Source of the DNA: Ostreococcus lucimarinus
Lineage: Eukaryota
Direction: 5' to 3' (one strand)
Assembly (NCBI GenBank): GCA_000092065.1
Contig: CP000597.1
Length of the DNA stretch: 64,000 bases
The translations under genes and the position numbers were made by a program. Positions 61,499-64,000 of the stretch are shown piece by piece (the first letter of the stretch is position 1; each line of letters starts with the position of its first letter). Below the pieces are notes generated by a model. The model was not told the DNA's origin and made no database searches. It worked only from the letters and a program-made list of their open reading frames with translations.

Positions 61499-63428
61499 GC
61501 CGACGCGCGCGTCTCCGTTCCGTCGACGCCCGCGCGTCGACGCGCGCGCGACGGCGCGGTGTGCGGCGTCAGACGCCGACGCATCGATGCGTCGCGCGCG
61601 GCGCGCGTGCCAGCGCGCGCTCGGCGCCGCGCGCGGCGCGCGCGCGGCGACGACGCTGACGTCGACGTCCGTCGACGCGCGCGCGTCGACGCGCGCGCGC
61701 GGCGCGACGCGGCGGCGCCGACCGCCGACCGAGCGCGCGCTGCCGAGACTCCCGCCGACGACGCTGACGCCGCGACCGGGCGACCGCGAGCGCTACGCGC
61801 GATCGCTGCGAGAGCAATTCGCGCGATGCGCCGTCGTGCGGGAGCGCGAGCACGGCGTGCCGAGGGCGACGCGATTGACGCGAGACGCGCCGGGGGGGAC
61901 GACGCGCGCGCTCGAGCGGCTGCGAAGACGGGCGGGGGCGGACGCGTACGTCGTCGGAGGCGCGGTGCGGGATTGGATCGCGCTCGGGGAGCGGGCGAAA
62001 CCGCGAGACGTGGATCTGGTGACGAGCGCGACGTACGAGGAGATCGAGGCGGCGATGGATGGACGGGCGAAGGTGGTGGGACGACGGTTTCGAGTGGCGC
62101 TGGTGCGCGCGAACGCGGGACGGTGGATCGAGGTGGCGAGCTTTGAGAGCGAGGGCGAGGGCGAGGGCGAGGGCGAGAGTGAGGAAGACGCGACGCGCGC
62201 GGACGCGGAGGGCGCGCCGGTGACGGCGAGTGGGGAGACGGATTACGACGCGATGTTGCGACGGCGGCGCGCGGAGCGAGCGAAGCGCGAGGCGACTTCG
62301 ACGTCGACGACGTCGTCGCGACGAGCGTCGACGACGGAGACGATCGCGGAGGATGGATCGCGGGATGATTTCGCGAGATTGTTGGCGGTGCACGATAACG
62401 CGAGGAGGCGCGATTTCACGGTGAATGCGATGTATTACGATCCGTGGAGGAATGAAATTTTAGACTTTCACGGCGGGATGAACGACACGCACGCGGGCGT
62501 CGTTCGTACGGTGGGCGACACGAACGTGAGTTTGAGGGAAGATCCCGTGCGGATGTTGCGTGCCATTCGTCTCGCCGCGCGTCATGGATTCACGATGACG
62601 AAAGAGTTGCGAGCGGCTTTGAGGGCGTACGCGGCGACGCTCGCGTCGGCGTCTCCTCGTCGCGTGGCGTCAGAGATCGAGACTTTGATGCAGAACGGGT
62701 ACTCCGAGGCGAGTTTCAAGCTACTCTGGCACTCGACGTTGATGAAGTACGCGTTTCCGGTGCAGCACGAATTTTTCAAACCGCGGTTGCCCAACAAATC
62801 GTCGTTGACGTACGACTTGGAGAGTTTGGTATCGCCGAATCGCGACTTCGACGGCGGCGCGCGCGTGCTGTTCGACGCTTTGAAGGCGTACGACGGACAC
62901 GTCTCAGACGATATCAGTAAATCTAGTGTCGCACAATGGCTCGCTATCATCGTCGCGCCGGTGGCGATGCACAGAATGGCCACGCGGCGCGACTCGGAGG
63001 AAGACCCGTACGCCTTGCCTCCGCGTTGGAGCGATGTCGATGCGGCGTCGCGCGATGAGGTCAGAGCGCACTGGAACGCATTTACCGCGTCCGTGCTCGA
63101 CGTTTTCGACGAGATGCTCGAGCGCACAGCCGCCGAAACGCGCGACGGAGGTCGAACGGAGCTGTCGATTTTGAACAGATCCGAGTGCGCGAGCGCGCTT
63201 TTGCTTCTCCTCGCGCACGGACCGGTGTTTGCCGACGCCCCGAGCGGGGACTTAAAATGGCGTCACGCGTCGTTCGAATCGCTCGTGGATCGTGGCGAAC
63301 GCGTATTCGCCTTAGTAAAGACGAAGCGAAGGAACGAGTGGAGCGACGCCAACAAGGCGTCGCCGACAGCCGAAGCCGAAGTCGTTCGCGCCAGCCTCGA
63401 AGTCGCGACGACGACGACGACGCGATAG
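61497..63428 (+). CDS. bacterial-type poly(A) polymerase / tRNA nucleotidyltransferase (PcnB/CCA family head domain), organelle-targeted
   Basis: NTase motifs: YVVGGAVRDWIALGERAKPRDVDLVTSATYEEI and RRDFTVNAMYYDPWRNEILDFHGGMND...DPVRMLRAIRLAARHGF. A very long R/A-rich N-terminal extension is present. The start is uncertain (ATG 61497 overlaps the protease ATG; the next ATG is at 61587). Confidence 0.7.
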   Translation: MPTRASPFRRRPRVDARATARCAASDADASMRRARRACQRALGAARGARAATTLTSTSVDARASTRARGATRRRRPPTERALPRLPPTTLTPRPGDRERYARSLREQFARCAVVREREHGVPRATRLTRDAPGGTTRALERLRRRAGADAYVVGGAVRDWIALGERAKPRDVDLVTSATYEEIEAAMDGRAKVVGRRFRVALVRANAGRWIEVASFESEGEGEGEGESEEDATRADAEGAPVTASGETDYDAMLRRRRAERAKREATSTSTTSSRRASTTETIAEDGSRDDFARLLAVHDNARRRDFTVNAMYYDPWRNEILDFHGGMNDTHAGVVRTVGDTNVSLREDPVRMLRAIRLAARHGFTMTKELRAALRAYAATLASASPRRVASEIETLMQNGYSEASFKLLWHSTLMKYAFPVQHEFFKPRLPNKSSLTYDLESLVSPNRDFDGGARVLFDALKAYDGHVSDDISKSSVAQWLAIIVAPVAMHRMATRRDSEEDPYALPPRWSDVDAASRDEVRAHWNAFTASVLDVFDEMLERTAAETRDGGRTELSILNRSECASALLLLLAHGPVFADAPSGDLKWRHASFESLVDRGERVFALVKTKRRNEWSDANKASPTAEAEVVRASLEVATTTTTR

Positions 63429-63498
63429 CCTTAGAACCTAGCGTAGCCTTGTTTTGTTTTCTAGAATGTAGCTGTCCCTATATTTCAATTCGTCGTCT

Positions 63499-64000
63499 TC
63501 AAATCGCGCTAAGATCGCTCGCGCTCGCGTTCAATTTTCGTTTCTTCGCATTCGTCTTCGGCGCCGTCTCCGAGGGCTCGTACGTAAACACGTGATAATG
63601 TGGCACGTCCACGGAATGGTTCTCATTTAAATCGAAATTCCATTCTGTCACGTTCGGTTTATTCTCCCGCAGCCACGCGCACGTCCAATCCACGATCGCC
63701 TCCCCGTCCATCTCCTCCCGACTCCACAGCGTCATGTGCGTCACCCCGCGCGGCGTCTCGTACGGAAACATGTTCGTCTCGATCGCCACCGGTTTCCCTT
63801 TCAGCACCGTCCGCTCGATGTGTTCCTCCACGCCGTAATATCCCAGCTCGTCGTCCAACCTATCGATGTGCGCGCGTTTCGCCTCCGTCGTCGTCTCGTC
63901 CCTCGTCCAATACTCCAGCCGCAGCGTCGCCGGCGGCGTCGCCGCGCGTCTTCGCGCCTCCCCCACGCACCCGCTCCGCGCCAGAAAATCGCGCGCGAAA
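63499..64000 (-). CDS. 3' portion of a gene running off the window end (hypothetical conserved protein; HYHVF motif)
   Basis: The frame is open from the window edge to the stop at 63499. Composition is protein-like (...TNMFPYETPRGVTHMTLWS ... NFDLNENHSVDVPHYHVFTYEPSE...). The upstream end is truncated. Confidence 0.4.
   Translation of the reverse strand, partial: FARDFLARSGCVGEARRRAATPPATLRLEYWTRDETTTEAKRAHIDRLDDELGYYGVEEHIERTVLKGKPVAIETNMFPYETPRGVTHMTLWSREEMDGEAIVDWTCAWLRENKPNVTEWNFDLNENHSVDVPHYHVFTYEPSETAPKTNAKKRKLNASASDLSAI

Noticed and set aside
60602-62146. 514-aa plus-strand ORF antisense to the aspartic protease, and 61569..62393 - antisense to the PAP
   Set aside because: Arg-rich antisense frames. 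The opposite strands carry DTGS/DSGT and NTase motifs respectively.
1-64000. Search for CRISPR arrays, toxin-antitoxin or restriction-modification or other prokaryotic defence or mobile-element cassettes, integrases, transposases
   Set aside because: None seen. The repeats present are microsatellites or minisatellites without spacer-like unique inserts. All genes are eukaryotic nuclear types with spliceosomal introns. No transposase, integrase or reverse-transcriptase-like translation was found in any frame.

Overview
This 64-kb window is a gene-dense nuclear segment from a very GC-rich eukaryote (about 68-70% GC in most genes), not a prokaryotic or viral island. All identifications are from reading the translations and recalling family motifs, since no searches could be run.

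Gene content. Every recognisable protein is a eukaryotic, mostly plant/algal, housekeeping gene: 14-3-3, kinesin-13, RCC1-repeat protein, importin-beta, a Nopp140/SRP40-like nucleolar protein, a PP6-type phosphatase, TRAPPC8-like, a Sec1/Munc18 protein, Vms1/ANKZF1, GDP-mannose 3,5-epimerase, and plastid/mitochondrion-targeted bacterial-type enzymes (LysA, ferredoxin, FTHFS, bifunctional ADC synthase, ExoIII-type AP endonuclease, RlmI-like methyltransferase, PcnB-type nucleotidyltransferase, PotD-like binding protein, FtsH-like M41 peptidase domain). Five spliceosomal introns could be placed by frame and protein continuity (14-3-3, importin, two in Vms1, Nopp140). They have GTGCG or GTGAG donors, an ACTGAC or TACTAAC branch point, and CAG or TAG acceptors. 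The organism is most likely a prasinophyte green alga of the Mamiellophyceae type (Micromonas-like). I count about 36 protein-coding genes, arranged largely as divergent/convergent pairs with very short intergenic spacers. I found no CRISPR, rRNA or convincing tRNA.

Caveats on the ORF track. Its ORF starts sometimes use GTG or TTG codons, and it contains many long spurious GC-rich antisense or low-complexity ORFs. My coordinates around 2,500 and 5,320-5,350 are off by one base against the track; I deferred to the track there.

Most unusual observations:
- One 2.6-kb gene (14071-16692) has only about 47% GC in the roughly 68% GC background. Three other genes show milder depressions.
- Two introns in unrelated genes share a near-identical 16-mer, which raises the possibility of introner-like repeated introns.
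- A complex tandem-repeat array plus a (CGAACCGA)n microsatellite lie in one bidirectional promoter.
- A perfect 67-bp tandem duplication spans the 3' end and stop of the aspartic-protease gene.
- Several head-to-head gene pairs have abutting or overlapping predicted start codons.
- A plant telo-box / interstitial telomere dimer sits in an unusually long, gene-less, ultra-GC-rich spacer.

I do not see a novel defence-type system here. The low-GC gene and the shared-intron motif are the items I would follow up first.
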